Source: an uncultured delta proteobacterium (GTDB taxonomy: Bacteria; Desulfobacterota; Binatia; Binatales; Binataceae). Taken from it: 64,000 bases of DNA. The stretch spans positions 781,084 through 845,083 of the forward strand of contig CAWEEQ010000004.1 of assembly GCA_963808235.1 (NCBI GenBank), in the 5' to 3' direction. The notes under the pieces were generated by a model that ran no database searches, was not told the DNA's origin, and saw nothing but the letters and a program-made list of their open reading frames with translations. Shown here in pieces: positions 7,406 through 17,659 of the stretch. The position numbers and the translations under genes are program-made. The stretch's first letter is position 1, and every line of letters begins with the position of its first letter.

Positions 7406-10400
7406 CTATGCGTTGAGTTCGTCGAGGAGCGCCTTGGCGTCCATCAGGTCGGCAGTGTCGAAGCCCTCAGAGAACCAGTTGTAGATGTCGGCGAGCATCG
7501 CGCACGCCTCGTCGCGGCGGTCGGTACTCATCAGTATTCGCGCGAGCGAGGTCGTCGCGCGCAGTTCGAGCGATTTCGCCCCCTGCTGTCGGGCCTTCTT
7601 GATCGCGTGCTCGACCGACGCTCTCGCCAGAGCCGGATCGGAAGGACTCTGACCCAGGAGCAACTCGCCGCGAAGGCGATTAATTTCCGCTTCCCAGAAA
7701 CATTCGCCGCTGCGACGGACCAGGTCCAGGGCGTCGCCGATCGCCTTCAAACCATGCTCGATGCGTCCGGCTCTCAGGCACGAGTCGGCGAGAGTCGCGA
7801 GACTGAGCGTGAGCCACAACTCCTCTCGGTTGGCCGAAAGTGCATCGGTTTCTTCGCGTATCTGCCTTATTCCCTCCTCCGCTCTTCCAAGCTCGGTTAA
7901 GGCCCACCCTTTGACAACGCGCGCATGGCGCAGAACGTAGAGGAACCCCACGTCCTCCGCTGCGTTTATCGCGGCCCCGGCGATTTCCAGCGCAAGCTTC
8001 GGTTCCAGCATCATGCGATGAACCAGTGCCTTCTCGTACAAGGCGAAAGCTGCCGAGATGGCGTCTCCAAGTTCATTCGCAAGTGAAACGGCCCGTTCCG
8101 CGCATCGCCGCGCCGCATCGGGACGACCGCGCAGCCATGACAGCTGCGCGTCCCATGCATAGCCGCACACGGCCGGATGATGAGCGGTGTAGAGCGGGAC
8201 GGCAGCCGAACGAAGCTTCGACTCGAACAGCTTGAGCCCCCGCTCGACATGGCGTTGCGAGGCCTCCAGTTCACCTGCGGAAAGCGCCACCGACCAGTCA
8301 TGATGGATCGCCTCGAGAAGGAAAACCGGATCGGGGTGGCGATCGACGAAATCCCAGATCGGCTTCTGCCGTTCGCGGGCTCCCCTCAAGTTGCCGCCGA
8401 CGTAGAGCAGTCCAAACAATCCAACCAGTAGCGCGAACTGCTGCTCGGGTGTGGCTCCTGTCTCAGCAAGCCGCTCGGCGCGAAGATAGGCCCTCTCGGT
8501 TTCCGGCGCCGCCCACCCTTTGGTGGCCATCAGCGCGGGACCAAGGCTGGTTTGGAGCGCGAATTCGCGCCGGTCCCGCTCGGGGCTAGATGGCGTGCGT
8601 TCAAGTAATTCCAAAGCGGCGGTTAGGTTCCGCATCGCCTCGCCGTACGCCAGTCGCCGAACGGCTCGGAGACCTGCGCTTTCGAGATAGTCGAGTGCCT
8701 TCGCGGAATTTCCGCTGCGGCTGTAATGATGGGCCAGTTCGTCGAGGTAGTCGTCGATTGAATTTGCGTAGAGCCTCTCGAGAGCCGCACCGATTCGTCC
8801 ATGAAGTTGTCTGCGCCGTTCCATCAGTGCCGAGTTGTACGAGACCTCCAGTGTCAGCGCGTGCTTGAAGGTGTATTCAGAATCGCCGATGGCCGGCTGC
8901 TCGTAGATGAACTCGCCGAGCTGGAGGACATCGAGCAGCCGCCTGGTCTCGTCATCCGGGATCGAGACCACCGCGCGAATCAGCGACAGCGGAAATTCGC
9001 GGCCAATCACCGCCAGCGTCTGTAACAGGTCTTTGGCATCCTGCGGCAGGCGGTCGATGCGCGCGGCGAGAATCGCCTGAACTGTCGGCGGAATCTTCAA
9101 CGCCGCCAACGACCGCGTGAGCTTCACCGCCCCGCCGTCACGCACCAGCGCGTTCTCGTCGAACAGGACCTGCACCGTCTCTTCCATGAAGAACGGATTG
9201 CCCTCGGTCTTCTCGACAATCAGCCGCTTGAGCGGCGCGAGTTCGGTACCGTCGCCGAGCAGCGCGGACAACATCTCCTCGGCAGATTCTTTGCCCAGCG
9301 GGTCCAAGCGTAACTGAATGTAGTAGGTCTTGCTGTTCCACTGATGCGAGTACTCGGGGCGATAATTGACCAGCAGCAGGATCTTCGCCGTGCCGATGGA
9401 TTCTGCCAGCAGGTTCAAAAAGCCTTGCGTCTCCTCGTCGATCCAGTGCAGGTCCTCGAAAATCACCATCAGCGGCTGATTCATCGACTCTCGCAGCAGG
9501 ATGCGCTTGATCGCGTCGAGCGTGCGCCGCCTGCGCACCTCCCCGTCCATTTGCGCCAGCGGATCGTCGCCCTCGATAATGCCCAGCAATACGAAAAGGT
9601 ACGGCAACGTATCTTCAAGCGAACGATCGAGCGTCAAGACCTTGCCGTTGACTTTCTCGCGCCGCGTGCGCACGTCGTCATCCGAGGTGATGCGGAAGTA
9701 GCCGTGTAGCAACTCGATTGTGGGCAGATACGCAGACGCTTTCCCGTGAGAGACGGAAAAGGTCTCCAGCACCATCCAGCCCGACTGGTGCTTGGCCTTG
9801 AACTCAAAGAACAGGCGCGATTTGCCGGTGCCGGCCTCGGCCATCGCGGCGACAATCTGTCCGCGTCCAACGCGCGTGAGTTCCGACGCGTTGCGCATCG
9901 CCTCCATCTCGCGCTCGCGCCCGACGAACTTGGTAAGCCCCCGCCCCGCCGAGCGTTGCAGCCGTGTGCGCAACGGCCCGAGCCCGGTCACCTCGTAAAC
10001 ATTGACCGGCTCGGTGACTCCTTTTACTTTGGTCGGACCCAGCGGCTTGAGCTGGAAATATCCCTCGACCAGTTTGCTCGTCTGCTCACTGATCGCGATC
10101 GAGCCGGTTGGCGCGACGGCCTGCATCCGCGACGCCAGGTTGGTGGTGTGCCCAATCGGCGTGTATTCAACGTGGCCGCTGCCGGTTGAGATCGAGCGCA
10201 CGACGACTTCGCCGGTGTTCGCGCCGATGCGCGCCTCGATCGGCCTTCCACCCTCGGCCACCAGTTTGGCCGAGTAGCGTTTCAGCTCCTCCTGCATCCG
10301 CAGGCCAGCGTACAGAGCGCGCTGCGGATGGTCCTCGTGCGCAAGCGGTGCGCCGAACAGCGCGAAAATCCCGTCGCCGGTGGACTGCACGATGTATCCG

Positions 10401-10843
10401 TCGTAGCGGCGGACGGCGTCGATCATCAGCTTGAGTGCCGGATCGACGATCGCGCGAGCCTCTTCGGGATCCAAGTCCTGCTCCAACTCCGTCGATCCCT
10501 TGATGTCGGCGAACAGCGCCGTGATCGTCTTGCGCTCGCCCTCCAGATTTTCAGGGGCTGGTGTCTCAGCTACTAGAATCGGTGAGTCATTCGCTTTCTT
10601 TGCCGGGGCAGTGCCCGCGGGCGCTCCGAGCGCCGTGCCGCATTCGCCACAAAAGCGTTTGTCCGCTGGATTATCGGCGCCGCACTTCGGACAAAGATTC
10701 GCGAGCGCCGCGCCGCAATCACCGCAGAACTTCTTGCCGGCCGGATTTTCAGCTTTGCAATTCGAGCAGCGCATCGGCTTTGTCAGAAAAGATGAGCGAC
10801 TTGCCTCGTATATCACCGAGCGCGTTGAGGGACTAGCCGACAA
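7406..10843 (-). CDS. double zinc-ribbon / class III adenylate-guanylate cyclase / AAA (STAND) ATPase / TPR multidomain protein
   Basis: 1145 aa. N-terminus: CSNCKAENPAGKKFCGDCG...CPKCGADNPADKRFCGECG. Cyclase core: ERKTITALFADIKGSTEL...GDGIFALFGAP...RIGANTGEVVV. Walker A: AEAGTGKSRL. C-terminal half: TPR-like repeats. The real start may be the MRCSNCK Met at 10774. Confidence 0.85.
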   Translation of the reverse strand: MSASPSTRSVIYEASRSSFLTKPMRCSNCKAENPAGKKFCGDCGAALANLCPKCGADNPADKRFCGECGTALGAPAGTAPAKKANDSPILVAETPAPENLEGERKTITALFADIKGSTELEQDLDPEEARAIVDPALKLMIDAVRRYDGYIVQSTGDGIFALFGAPLAHEDHPQRALYAGLRMQEELKRYSAKLVAEGGRPIEARIGANTGEVVVRSISTGSGHVEYTPIGHTTNLASRMQAVAPTGSIAISEQTSKLVEGYFQLKPLGPTKVKGVTEPVNVYEVTGLGPLRTRLQRSAGRGLTKFVGREREMEAMRNASELTRVGRGQIVAAMAEAGTGKSRLFFEFKAKHQSGWMVLETFSVSHGKASAYLPTIELLHGYFRITSDDDVRTRREKVNGKVLTLDRSLEDTLPYLFVLLGIIEGDDPLAQMDGEVRRRRTLDAIKRILLRESMNQPLMVIFEDLHWIDEETQGFLNLLAESIGTAKILLLVNYRPEYSHQWNSKTYYIQLRLDPLGKESAEEMLSALLGDGTELAPLKRLIVEKTEGNPFFMEETVQVLFDENALVRDGGAVKLTRSLAALKIPPTVQAILAARIDRLPQDAKDLLQTLAVIGREFPLSLIRAVVSIPDDETRRLLDVLQLGEFIYEQPAIGDSEYTFKHALTLEVSYNSALMERRRQLHGRIGAALERLYANSIDDYLDELAHHYSRSGNSAKALDYLESAGLRAVRRLAYGEAMRNLTAALELLERTPSSPERDRREFALQTSLGPALMATKGWAAPETERAYLRAERLAETGATPEQQFALLVGLFGLLYVGGNLRGARERQKPIWDFVDRHPDPVFLLEAIHHDWSVALSAGELEASQRHVERGLKLFESKLRSAAVPLYTAHHPAVCGYAWDAQLSWLRGRPDAARRCAERAVSLANELGDAISAAFALYEKALVHRMMLEPKLALEIAGAAINAAEDVGFLYVLRHARVVKGWALTELGRAEEGIRQIREETDALSANREELWLTLSLATLADSCLRAGRIEHGLKAIGDALDLVRRSGECFWEAEINRLRGELLLGQSPSDPALARASVEHAIKKARQQGAKSLELRATTSLARILMSTDRRDEACAMLADIYNWFSEGFDTADLMDAKALLDELNA

Positions 10844-11035
10844 CGCGAGAACGATCGCAATACGTCGCCTGCTATGTCCGGATCGAGCGCATGCTGATGG
10901 AACAGCTCAACTACAACTTCGTTTGCCGTCTTCGCGGGTGAGGGCGCTCACATCGAGCACAGCTACGCGCTCGTGCTGGAACTTTGCTAGCATCGCGAAC
11001 GCGACCCGGAGCGAAAGGGAAAGGAAAAGACAGCC

Positions 11036-11809
11036 ATGGTTAAGATCGTGTACGTACTGGCGCGGCGCGCCGATGTGCCTGCCGAAAAGTTTTACGACTA
11101 TTGGCTCAATTCGCACGGGCCGCGAGTGCGCGGTCATGCAAAAGCGATCCACGCGCGCAAGTACATCCAGAGCCACCTGATCGACACTCCTCTTAACCGC
11201 GAATTTCAGGAACCGCGCGGAATGCTGGACCCGATGGCTGGCATCACCGAAGTCTGGTGGGACTCTGTTGCCGACTTCGAGCGCCGTGACAATGATCCGA
11301 CGCGCGCCGCGGCAACCCGCGACCTGGCGGAAGACGAGGCCAAGTTCATCGACATCGCGCGCTCGCAAGTGTTTCTGACCGAGGAGCATACGATCTTTGA
11401 CTACACCGCCGGCGCCAAGCTCGGCCGCGATGCGATCAAAGTCACCTATCTGCTCAGCAAGCGCGATTCGTTGTCGGTCGCGGATTGCCACAAGACCTGG
11501 CTGAGGGATCATGGGCCGCTGGTAACCAGCTTCGCGAAAGATGTTCGCGCGGCGAAGTATATCCAGAGCCACACCATCGCACCGGAGTTCAACGCAGCGG
11601 TTGTGAAGAGCCGCGGCTTTGCCAAGCCGCTCGACGGAATCACCGAGGTATGGTGGAAATCGATCGATGACCTGACCGCTGGTTCCGCTACACCGGCAGC
11701 GGCGCAAGCGTATGCGAAGCTCATCGAGGACGAACGCCGCTTCGTCGAGATGTCGCGCTCGCGATGCTTCCTGACCAAAGAGCACGTCATCTTCGATTAC
11801 ACGAGTTAG
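11036..11809 (+). CDS. tandem EthD-domain protein
   Basis: 257 aa made of two colinear EthD-like halves (VKIVYVLARRADV...GITEVWWDSVADFE and IKVTYLLSKRDSL...GITEVWWKSIDDL). Confidence 0.7.
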   Translation: MVKIVYVLARRADVPAEKFYDYWLNSHGPRVRGHAKAIHARKYIQSHLIDTPLNREFQEPRGMLDPMAGITEVWWDSVADFERRDNDPTRAAATRDLAEDEAKFIDIARSQVFLTEEHTIFDYTAGAKLGRDAIKVTYLLSKRDSLSVADCHKTWLRDHGPLVTSFAKDVRAAKYIQSHTIAPEFNAAVVKSRGFAKPLDGITEVWWKSIDDLTAGSATPAAAQAYAKLIEDERRFVEMSRSRCFLTKEHVIFDYTS

Positions 11810-11843
11810 GTCTCGAGCCGCACGCGCGCGCAGAGAGGTGAAT

Positions 11844-13007
11844 ATGAAAGTTTCGCTCTTCTACCTGCCTTCGGTCGGCAGCAAGGCCGACATCGAAAAA
11901 GGCCAAGCCGGATTGCGGGGTCATCTCTACGATCAAATGCTCCACGACATCACCGGCCAGGCCAAGCTCGCCGACGATCTCGGCTACGACTCGATCAGCT
12001 TCACCGAGCATCACTTTCACGTCGAGGGTTTCGAGCTGTCGAACAACCCCGTCCTGCTCGACTTGTACATCGCGATGCAAACCAAGCGGCTGCGCGTCGG
12101 CCAGCTCGGCATCGTGCTGCCGTCGCAGAATCCGCTACGCGTCGCCGAGGATATCGCGATGCTCGATCATATGTCCGGTGGTCGCGCCAACGCCGGCTTC
12201 GCGCGCGGCTATCAGCGCCGATGGGTCGACATCATGGCCCAGCAGACGCATGGGATTCACGGCGCGCTGCCGCATCAGCACGACGAGATCGACAACGCAA
12301 ATCGCGCCGCCTTCGAAGAAAACTTCCGCATCATCAAAAAGGCGTGGACCGAAGACTTCCTTTCATACGATGGCAAGTACTGGAGCGTACCGCCCGGCGA
12401 GACGCCGTGGACTCTCGACGCGACCGCGAAGTGGGGCGGCGGCATAGACAACGGCATCGTACGCATGGTCTCGGTGGTGCCGAAGCCGGTGCAGAAACCG
12501 CATCCGCCGATATTCCAGCCGTTCGCGTCGTCCGAGCGCAGCATCAGATGGTGCGCGCAGGAGGGCGTCACCGCGATCCTGCCGCCGCTCCATCCGTCGC
12601 TCGAGCATCAGCTCTGCGAGGTTTATGGCGAGGTCTCGCACAAGCCGCTCGGCGAAGGGATGGGCGTGTTGCGCGACATCGTGATCGCCGACAGCGACGA
12701 TGAAGCGCGCGCAATCTGGCGCGAGAGCGGCTACTTCTGCGGCCACGAATGGTTCGAGCCGTTCGGATTTTCCAAGGGCCTCGACGATCCAAAAACCGGC
12801 GAACCGGCCGACCTTTGGACCAACGGCCTCGCGTTCGTCGGAACCGTCGACACGGTGACGCGCCAGGTCGAGCATCTGCTCAAACGCCTGCCGATTAGAT
12901 GGATCTTCGCGTGGATGTACAATGGCCTGATGCCGCACGATCGCTTGATGAAAACGATCGAACTCTTCTGGACCAAAGTGCTGCCCCGCGTTTCGGATCT
13001 GCGCTAA
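11844..13007 (+). CDS. LLM-class flavin-dependent oxidoreductase (luciferase-like monooxygenase)
   Basis: MKVSLFYLP...LGYDSISFTEHHF...GRANAGFARGY. The ATG at 11844 is preferred (GAGAGG upstream); a GTG at 11838 is also possible. Confidence 0.8.
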   Translation: MKVSLFYLPSVGSKADIEKGQAGLRGHLYDQMLHDITGQAKLADDLGYDSISFTEHHFHVEGFELSNNPVLLDLYIAMQTKRLRVGQLGIVLPSQNPLRVAEDIAMLDHMSGGRANAGFARGYQRRWVDIMAQQTHGIHGALPHQHDEIDNANRAAFEENFRIIKKAWTEDFLSYDGKYWSVPPGETPWTLDATAKWGGGIDNGIVRMVSVVPKPVQKPHPPIFQPFASSERSIRWCAQEGVTAILPPLHPSLEHQLCEVYGEVSHKPLGEGMGVLRDIVIADSDDEARAIWRESGYFCGHEWFEPFGFSKGLDDPKTGEPADLWTNGLAFVGTVDTVTRQVEHLLKRLPIRWIFAWMYNGLMPHDRLMKTIELFWTKVLPRVSDLR

Positions 13008-13031
13008 CTGCGCATCATCTCTGACTCCGAA

Positions 13032-15086
13032 GTGCCGATACTCGCCTCACACACGGTTCTCGAAGACCTCGCAATGGTGCTATGCGTCGCCGCAATCACC
13101 ACCGTTATCTTTCAGAAAATCCGCCAACCGGTCGTCGTCGGTTACTTGCTCGCGGGAGTAATCGTCGGTCCTTATGTCACGATTTTTCCGCTGCTCGCCG
13201 ATTCCGAGCGCATCCACACCCTCTCCGAACTCGGCGTGATCCTCTTGATGTTTGCGCTGGGGCTGGAGTTCCGGCTGAGCCGGCTGATCCGCCTAGGCCC
13301 GACCTCCGGCTTCATCACCGCGCTTCAAGTCGGCTTCATGATCTGGCTGGGCTACATATGCGGCCGCGCACTCGGATGGACTCCGCTCGAGTCCATTTTC
13401 ACCGGCGCGATACTTTCCATCTCGAGCACCACGATCGTTGCCAAGGCCTATGAGGAGACGCCGGTCGCCCCGACTTTGCGCGAACTCGCGTTTGGCATCC
13501 TGCTCGCTGAGGATCTGACCGCGGTCGTCGAACTCGCCGTGCTGACCACGCTCGCATCGGGCGCCGGCGTGTCGGCGCCGATGATGACTGTCACGATCGG
13601 CCGCCTCATCTTGTTTCTCGTCGCGTTCGTAGGAATCGGATTTATCGTCGTGCCGCCGCTCGTGAGGATAGTGGTGAGCCTCGACCGGCCCGAGACCACC
13701 CTGGTCGCGAGCGTCGGTATCTGTTTCGCGTTCGCGCTCATCGCGGAGCACTCAGGTTACTCGGTCGCACTCGGCGCGTTTCTGGCCGGCTCGCTGGTCG
13801 CGGAGTCGGGTAAGGCCGATCAGATCGAACGCCTTGTCGCGCCGGTCCGCGATATCTTCGGCGCGGTATTCTTCGTCTCGGTCGGCATGATGATCGATCC
13901 TCAGCTAATCGCGCAGCATTGGATCGCGCTGATCGTGCTGACCGTGGCTGTGATCGCCGGGAAATTCATCGGCGTCACCTTCGCGTCGATTTTGAGCGGC
14001 GTCGGCACCAGGACGTCGATCCAGGCGGGCATGAGTCTCGCGCAAATCGGCGAGTTCTCGTTCATCATAGCGGGCGCCGGAATGAAAACCGGCGCGACCC
14101 GCGATTTTCTTTATTCGATTGCCGTTGCCGTCTCTGTAATCACAACATTCCTGACTCCATATCTGATTCGATCGTCCGGGCCATGCGCTGACTTCGTATC
14201 CCGCCATCTGCCACGTCCGCTCAAGGTACTCGAATCGCTCTACGACTCGTGGTTCGAGCGAATTCGTCAAGCCGCGGCGCCAACTGAAGACAGCCGTTCG
14301 ATCGGATGGCCCATCGCGACCATCGTGTCCAGCGCGAGTCTAATCGGCGCGATTCTCATCATCAACGAACGCGACCCCTTCGACGTGACGACGATCGTCG
14401 CTAAGCTGGAGCGCCTACCGTATTTTTCCGCCGGCCTGTTCGTGGACGCATTCGCGTTGCTGCTGTGCGTGGGGCCTGCGGCCGGTCTTTATTTCGGCGC
14501 GCATCGTCTTGCGACCGCGCTTGCATCACGAGCGTTTCCGGATTTGACCACAGAAGAAATCAGCGCGGGAAAAGCGATGATCGAATTGCTGCACGTAACC
14601 ATCCTGCTGGTCGCCGCGGTGCCGCTCCTGGCGGTAGTTCAGCCCTTCATGGCGCCGGTGGAAGGAATCGCAGTTATGGTCATCTCGATCCTGCTGATGA
14701 TCATAGTAGTTGCTCGAAATGTTGGCCGGATACAAAACCAGATGCGCGACGCGGTGCATTTTATCGCCAATACGATGCGCGGCTCGCGTGCCGAAGGCCG
14801 CTCGTACGAAGTTCCCGGCATCGGGACGCTGACCCCGGTCAGCGTGCAGGCAGGCAGCAGCGGAATCGGAAAACGCCTCTCCGAAATCGATCTGCACACG
14901 CAGAGTGGCGCCGTGGTAGTAGCAATAGGACGCGGCGGCTCGGACGTGATAATTCCCACCGGCGACGAAGTCCTCCGCCCCGGCGACATCCTCGAACTAG
15001 CGGGCTCAACCGACGCAGTAGCAACCGCAATCCGCCTCCTGAACCTTCCGCGACCAACTTCGGCCACCGCCGAAGCCTCGCTCTAA
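13032..15086 (+). CDS. cation:proton antiporter (CPA2/Kef-type) with C-terminal TrkA-C domain
   Basis: 684 aa; QPVVVGYLLAGVIVGPY and many TM helices; the C-terminal segment LTPVSVQAGSSGIGKRLSEIDL...GAVVVAIGRG...GDEVLRPGDILELAG is a TrkA-C fold. Confidence 0.82.
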   Translation: MPILASHTVLEDLAMVLCVAAITTVIFQKIRQPVVVGYLLAGVIVGPYVTIFPLLADSERIHTLSELGVILLMFALGLEFRLSRLIRLGPTSGFITALQVGFMIWLGYICGRALGWTPLESIFTGAILSISSTTIVAKAYEETPVAPTLRELAFGILLAEDLTAVVELAVLTTLASGAGVSAPMMTVTIGRLILFLVAFVGIGFIVVPPLVRIVVSLDRPETTLVASVGICFAFALIAEHSGYSVALGAFLAGSLVAESGKADQIERLVAPVRDIFGAVFFVSVGMMIDPQLIAQHWIALIVLTVAVIAGKFIGVTFASILSGVGTRTSIQAGMSLAQIGEFSFIIAGAGMKTGATRDFLYSIAVAVSVITTFLTPYLIRSSGPCADFVSRHLPRPLKVLESLYDSWFERIRQAAAPTEDSRSIGWPIATIVSSASLIGAILIINERDPFDVTTIVAKLERLPYFSAGLFVDAFALLLCVGPAAGLYFGAHRLATALASRAFPDLTTEEISAGKAMIELLHVTILLVAAVPLLAVVQPFMAPVEGIAVMVISILLMIIVVARNVGRIQNQMRDAVHFIANTMRGSRAEGRSYEVPGIGTLTPVSVQAGSSGIGKRLSEIDLHTQSGAVVVAIGRGGSDVIIPTGDEVLRPGDILELAGSTDAVATAIRLLNLPRPTSATAEASL

Positions 15087-15190
15087 TATTTGTTCCCCTT
15101 CCCAGATGGGAAGCGGCTATGGGGTTAGGTCGCTCGGTTGCATCATCGGATCTTCGGTCGTAACGTCTCGATAATTTCTGCGAGGTTGAT

Positions 15191-15958
15191 ATGAATCTGA
15201 AAAACGCAATTGCGATAGTCACCGGCGGAGGCTCAGGACTCGGCGAGGCCACAATCCGCGAGTTCGCTTCCGCCGGCGCGAAAGTCGCGATTCTCGATCT
15301 ACCGTCGTCACCCGGCGCCAAAGTCGCCGAATCGCTCGGTGACAACGCGCTATTCGTGGTCGCCGACGTCGCCTCCGCCGATCAGGCCGCCGACGCCGTT
15401 GCAAAGACAGTTGCGAAGTTCGGCGCGGTTCATATCGCCGTGAACTGCGCCGGCATCGGCCGCGCGATGCGCACGATTACCAAGGACGGTCCGCACTCGC
15501 TCGATTTGTTTAGCAAAGTGATCGCGGTGAATCTCATCGGCACGTTCAACGTCACGCGCCTGGCCGCGGCGGCGATGGCGAAGAATCAGCCGAGTGCCGA
15601 CGGCGAGCGCGGCGTGATCATCAATACCGCTTCGGTCGCGGCCTACGATGGACAGATCGGGCAGGCCGCATACTCCGCATCGAAGGGCGGCGTAGTCGCG
15701 ATGACGCTGCCGATCGCGCGCGACCTCGCATCACTGGGGATCCGCGTCTGCACGATCGCGCCGGGAACTTTCGAAACCCCGATGCTCGCGGGACTCCCCG
15801 ATCCAGCGCGCAAAGCCCTCGCTGCGCAAATCCCATTCCCGCAGCGCCTCGGCAAACCAACCGAGTACGCCGCCTTGGCGCGTCACATAGTAGAAAACGA
15901 AATGTTGAACGGTGAAACAATCCGCCTCGACGGCGCGCTGCGCATGCCTCCGCGCTGA
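15191..15958 (+). CDS. SDR-family oxidoreductase (3-hydroxyacyl-CoA dehydrogenase type II-like)
   Basis: TGGGSGLG cofactor motif, NCAG, and the YSASK catalytic motif. Confidence 0.85.
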   Translation: MNLKNAIAIVTGGGSGLGEATIREFASAGAKVAILDLPSSPGAKVAESLGDNALFVVADVASADQAADAVAKTVAKFGAVHIAVNCAGIGRAMRTITKDGPHSLDLFSKVIAVNLIGTFNVTRLAAAAMAKNQPSADGERGVIINTASVAAYDGQIGQAAYSASKGGVVAMTLPIARDLASLGIRVCTIAPGTFETPMLAGLPDPARKALAAQIPFPQRLGKPTEYAALARHIVENEMLNGETIRLDGALRMPPR

Positions 15959-15979
15959 ATCCTGAAGAGGTGATAGAAG

Positions 15980-16867
15980 ATGATCATCGCGCAAATCACG
16001 GACCTTCACGTGGTAGCGAAAGGTCGCCTGTGTTACCGCAGAGTGCCGACCAACACACAGCTCGCGCAGTCCGTCGCGCACATCAACGGTCTTGATCCCA
16101 AGCCGACCGCGGTCATCGCTTCGGGCGATCTGACCGATCACGGGCGCCCGGAAGAATACGATTTGCTGCGTGAGATCCTGTCAGAGTTGATTCCTCCCGT
16201 GTTCGTGATTCCGGGAAATCACGACCGGCGCGAGGTCCTCTTGAAGGCATTTGCCGCCGAGGAGTACATGCCGACGCCTGATTCGCCGTTCGTGAACTAT
16301 GCGATCGATAAGTATCCCGTCCGGCTGGTTGGACTCGATACCTCCGTGCCGGGACACCATCATGGGATGATGTGCGAAGAACGGCTGCGATGGCTCGACG
16401 CTACGCTTGGCGCGCGGCCCGATTCTCCGACGCTGATTTTCATGCATCACCCGCCGTTTCGCTCCGGGGTGCAATGGATGGATGCGTCGGGCCTGCATGG
16501 TGGCCGGATGATGGAGGACATTGTGCGGCGGCATCGACAGGTCGTGCGAGTCGCGTGCGGTCATATACATCGGCCAATCCACGTGGCGTGGGGTGGCACG
16601 ATTGCGTCCACGTCACCGAGCACTTGTCATCAGGTTTCGCTCGACTTGGCCGGGCGAGACGGATTCGAATTCACGATGGAGCCGCGAGCGGTGCAGCTTC
16701 ATGTATGGGACGAGAATTACGGATTGGTTTCGCATCTCAGCTACGTTCCTGCCGGCTACGAGGAAGTAGCGATGCTCAGTGGTCTGACCGATGAGGCCCG
16801 CGTGAAACTGCTCGCGCAGAACCGGCGAGACTATCAGGAGCTCTGCAAGAGCGAGTACGACAGATGA
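15980..16867 (+). CDS. metallophosphoesterase / phosphodiesterase (CpdA/GpdQ-like)
   Basis: ITDLH, GDLTDHG, GNHD, MHHPP and GHIH motifs in the calcineurin-like order. Confidence 0.82.
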   Translation: MIIAQITDLHVVAKGRLCYRRVPTNTQLAQSVAHINGLDPKPTAVIASGDLTDHGRPEEYDLLREILSELIPPVFVIPGNHDRREVLLKAFAAEEYMPTPDSPFVNYAIDKYPVRLVGLDTSVPGHHHGMMCEERLRWLDATLGARPDSPTLIFMHHPPFRSGVQWMDASGLHGGRMMEDIVRRHRQVVRVACGHIHRPIHVAWGGTIASTSPSTCHQVSLDLAGRDGFEFTMEPRAVQLHVWDENYGLVSHLSYVPAGYEEVAMLSGLTDEARVKLLAQNRRDYQELCKSEYDR

Positions 16868-17656
16868 TCAAATCGTCGAGGCGTTTCGCGCGACGCGCGT
16901 TGCCAGGATGAACGTGAACGCCGCGAAGGCGATCGCGATACACACTGACGACGCCATCGGCATCGTGGCGCCGCTGGCGGCGGGCTCGGCGAGGTAGAGT
17001 GCGTGGCGGAGCGCCTCGGTCCCATAGGTCACGGGATTCAGGCGCGTGGTCCATTGAAACCACATTGGCGCGCCGGCGACCGGGAAGACCGCCCCCGACA
17101 GCATCCAGATCGGAAGCAGCAGCATATTCATGAACCCATGGAAGCCCTGGGTAGTGTCGATTCGCCACGCCATCATCAGTCCGATGCTGGTCATCGCGAA
17201 CGCGACAATCGCCATCATCGCGATCGACACCACGAAAGCTTCGAGACTCAAGTGGATTCCCGCCAGCGGCGCCAGCGCGAGGAAGATAACTCCCTGCATC
17301 AGCGCCAGCGTGGTGCCGCCGAGCGCCTGTCCGAGCACGATTGTTGAGCGTGAGATCGGCGCGACCAGCACTCCTTGAAGGAAGCCTTCGCGGCGATCGT
17401 CGACGGTCGAGGCGGTCGCGAAGATCGCCGTGAAGAGGAGCATCAGCACGATCACGCCGGGGTAGAAGTATTGCACGTAGTTGCTGCCCGCCGGCATCCC
17501 GCTCGGCTTGAATGACGCTTGCAGGCCGGTGCCGAGCAGCAGCCAGAAAACCAGCGGAGTCAGGATCGCGCTCATCACGCGGATCGGCTGGCGGATGAAG
17601 CGCACGATCTCCCGCTCCCAGAGCGTCTCGGCCTGAAGAAAAATTTCGCGCATCAC
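16868..17656 (-). CDS. ABC-2 type transporter permease
   Basis: 262 aa, 6 TM helices; sits immediately downstream of the ABC ATPase with a 3-nt gap. Confidence 0.8.
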   Translation of the reverse strand: MMREIFLQAETLWEREIVRFIRQPIRVMSAILTPLVFWLLLGTGLQASFKPSGMPAGSNYVQYFYPGVIVLMLLFTAIFATASTVDDRREGFLQGVLVAPISRSTIVLGQALGGTTLALMQGVIFLALAPLAGIHLSLEAFVVSIAMMAIVAFAMTSIGLMMAWRIDTTQGFHGFMNMLLLPIWMLSGAVFPVAGAPMWFQWTTRLNPVTYGTEALRHALYLAEPAASGATMPMASSVCIAIAFAAFTFILATRVARNASTI

Positions 17657-17659
17657 TTT

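Noticed and set aside
10907-11785. 292-aa ORF antisense to the EthD gene
   Set aside because: It is an Arg/Ala-rich shadow ORF typical of GC-rich DNA. The plus-strand EthD reading has clear domain signatures. The same reasoning applies to 1517-2557, 5957-6796, 40191-41585, 54183-55160 and 63148-63984.
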